Shown piece by piece: positions 61,401 to 64,000 of a DNA stretch of 64,000 nt. A program made the position numbers and the translations under genes. A model generated the notes under the pieces. That model saw only the letters and a list, made by a program, of their open reading frames with translations, ran no database searches and was not told the origin of the DNA. Source of the stretch: Antedon mediterranea (taxonomy: Eukaryota; Animalia; Echinodermata). Every line of letters begins with the position of its first letter. Position 1 is the stretch's first letter. The stretch is from positions 1-64,000 of the forward strand of contig NC_092673.1 of the NCBI RefSeq assembly GCF_964355755.1. The letters run 5' to 3'.

Positions 61401-61785
61401 CAAGATCAATTTTGGTTTTGGTTAAAAAAATAACTTTGACTTCCAGTAAAAGTTTTCGATCAAAACATATCCCATAATGAAACACGCTTGTTTGGCTAGT
61501 CTGTATGCATAATTATAAAACCTCCTCACGATCTGTGTGAAAGTACCTTCTCAACCGTAACGAGTTGTAAACAATCCTAATTAGCATCATGCATAATGTG
61601 TACTCGTGGTTTTAAATCTTTGTTTACTTTCGCTCGCGAAAATTTTCCAGACGAAATGTAATCAAACTAATTTACCTGTTATATTAATTACGTAAACTTG
61701 TTGCTTTTGGCTCGAATTTTCGACTTACAGTGAATAACTTTAATATTACTGTACTTTGATATGGCCAATTTAAATTAAAATTTTT

Positions 61786-62657
61786 TTTTGTGTTTCAAGG
61801 GACAATACATCTTTAAGTAAACAATATTATGGATTGCCACCGTTTCCTTAATTAATTTGAACAATCGGCGGTAAAGGAGCAATTTCATAGCCCTCTGTCG
61901 CAGAGTTTTTGAGGATATTTGTGTTGGTTTTGTTGTTGCTTTTAAAACATGCTATTCCCATAGTATGTTGGTGTAAAAAAATACTATAAGTGCAGTATAG
62001 CCCTTGTTTTAAAATGTATATTTATTTGTTTTGTCAGCATAACAATGATAAATGCAAGTTTGATACAATTAAAATAATTTTAGTATTTTATTTATTTTAT
62101 TTCAACAATATTTAATAAGGGTGGTCCATCCAGCATCAGCTGATCATAGGGACCCTCAAACAATACAAACAGTAAATACAAAATAAACTATAAAAACACA
62201 AAATTAACAAAGATAAAAAAATTTTGTGTTTCAAGGGACAATACATCTTTAAGTAAACAATATTATGGATTGCCACCGTTTCCTTAATTAATTTGAACAA
62301 TCGGCGGTAAAGGAGCAATTTCATAGCCCTCTGTCGCAGAGTTTTTGAGGATCTTTGTGTTGGTTTTGTTGTTGCTTTTAAAACATGCTATTCCCATAGT
62401 ATGTTGGTGTAAAAAATACTATAAGTGCAGTATAGCCCTTGTTTTAAAATGTATATTTATTTGTTTTGTCAGCATAACAATCATAAATGCAAGTTTGATA
62501 CAATTAAAATAATTTTAGTATTTTATTTATTTTATTTCAACAATATTTAATAAGGGTGGTCCATCCAGCATCAGCTGATCATAGGGACCCTCAAACAATA
62601 CAAACAGTAAATACAAAATAAACTATAAAAACACAAAATTAACAAAGATAAAAAAAT
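61786..62657. repeat. 436-bp direct tandem duplication including the right TIR junction of the outer element
   Basis: TTTTGTGTTTCAAGGGACAATACATCTTTAA..ACAAAGATAAAAAA is present twice and nearly identical. Confidence 0.93.
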
Positions 62658-62682
62658 AAATATATATTTGGTCTACCTGCAG

Positions 62683-64000
62683 ATTTGGTCATTTCAACAC
62701 AAATGACTCTTCGGATGATTTTAGGGCTTTTAGGAAACCCTGCAGAAGGTTCGTTCGGACTTATAACAAGAATCGGAGCAACACCTCTGATTCAGTTGTT
62801 GAAATTAATTGCCGACTTTCCGAAGGAGAGAAAAAACTTCTTTCCCGAGGACTTAAATTCTGCCCAAAACCAAGGCAGGTCGGCGCACAACAACTATCTT
62901 TGGATATGGAGTCTTTCTCCAGAAGATTACGATTACGTGAACACTTTGCTGATTCAGACAGCAGCACCACGCAAAACGAAGGCAACGCTAACAAATTTAA
63001 ACCAAAAAGTTCCTGGAATCCACCTAAAAATCGTTTAAAAAACATTTATTCAGGCTATTGAGGAGGATGTACAAAACTACGTCCCGAGTCCAGATAAACG
63101 TGACAATCTCTCAAAACAAGAGAGGCAGGCCATTGCCAAATTGCGTCAGCGTAATGATATTATCATTAAACCAGCTGATAAAGGTTCTGCCACTGTTGCC
63201 ATGGACATCAAATTTTATGAAGAGGAGTCCTTAAGACAGTTAAACAATCCTCTTCATTATCGTAAACTTACAACGGATCCCACCCCGGAAATTGCGGATA
63301 AGGTGGCCAAATCTGTATCTGTGATGGTAAAAAAACACTCCATCGATCCTAAGATTGGACCTCATTTGGCACAGGTCAATCCAGTTCCAGGCAGATTTTA
63401 TTTCCTACCTAAAATCCACAAAGCAGGCAATCCTGGTAGACCCATTATTTCGGGCAATGGCACTGCTACAGAGAAAATTTCTGAATATGTGGATGATTTA
63501 CTAAGACCATATGTGACTGATCTCCCTTCATACATTCAGGACTCCACGGACTTTATCCGCAAAATTAACCAAATTCAAAATTTACCTAATAATTCTGTTC
63601 TGGCTACATTAGATGTTTCATCATTGTATACTAATATCCCTCACGAAGAAGGAGCCGACGCATGTATTTTAAATTACACACAAATTCCAGGCAAAACGCC
63701 TACTAAAGCTCATTTACGAGAACTGGTCATGTTGATTTTAACCAACAACAATTTTATTTTTGGAAATGACCATTACCTTCAAATTCATGGCACAGCGATG
63801 GGCACAAAAATGGCGCCATCTTTTGCAAATTTATTTATGGGACAATTTGAGGCCAATTTTCTGTCCCTCCAACCAAATAAACCACTTGTTTGGTTTAGAT
63901 ACATTGACGACATCTTCATGATCTGGACCCATGGTGAAGATAATTTGGAATCTTTTCTTCTCAATATTAATTCAGCCCACCCAACTATCAAATTTACAGC
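62683..64000 (+). mobile_element. Penelope-like retroelement reverse transcriptase (one frameshift, runs off the window)
   Basis: First frame: LSEGEKKLLSRGLKFCP..FSRRLRLREHF..KSSWNPP. After a shift near 63040 an open frame gives IIKPADKG, FYFLPKIHK, PGRPIIS, LDVSSLYTNI, GTAMGTKMAPSFAN, RYIDDIF and HPTIKFT. Confidence 0.93.

Larger units (their letters stand above)
57522..61812. mobile_element. Outer TTAA-targeting TIR element (Kolobok-like) enclosing a LINE segment
   Basis: Perfect 16-bp TIRs AGATGTATTGTCCCTT / AAGGGACAATACATCT, each flanked by TTAA (57518-57521, 61813-61816). Purine-purine termini with TTAA fit Kolobok rather than piggyBac. Confidence 0.8.

Noticed and set aside
59476-64000. 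RTs as telomerase or a telomere-maintaining retroelement array
   Set aside because: The motifs are those of L1/Tx1 and Penelope-like elements, they lie more than 50 kb from the end, and the telomere is a canonical TTAGGG tract with no element inserted in it.

Overview
This is the left end of an AT-rich invertebrate animal chromosome. It opens with about 4.6 kb of (CCCTAA)n telomere, a short junction and a CpG-containing 10-bp subtelomeric satellite. Spliced genes follow: cyclin J (-), WDR1/AIP1 (+, 16 exons, one U12-type AT-AC intron), a Vax homeobox gene (-), PI4-kinase type II (-), an unknown frame-disrupted gene (+) and a macrodomain gene (+). Introns and intergenic DNA are crowded with young tandem repeats and mobile DNA: a CR1/L2-type LINE, several TIR elements with readable target-site duplications, a repeat family with variable internal arrays, Penelope-like pieces, and a three-level nest (TTAA element > L1/Tx1 LINE > TTAA element) whose two outer junctions are tandemly amplified. 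Exons were read by eye from splice signals and remembered protein families; no database search was run. There is no CRISPR or prokaryotic system, and I cannot establish a wholly new biological system. The best leads are the transposon nest with amplified junctions, a possible telomere-directed spliced transcript, and a possibly membrane-anchored macrodomain.
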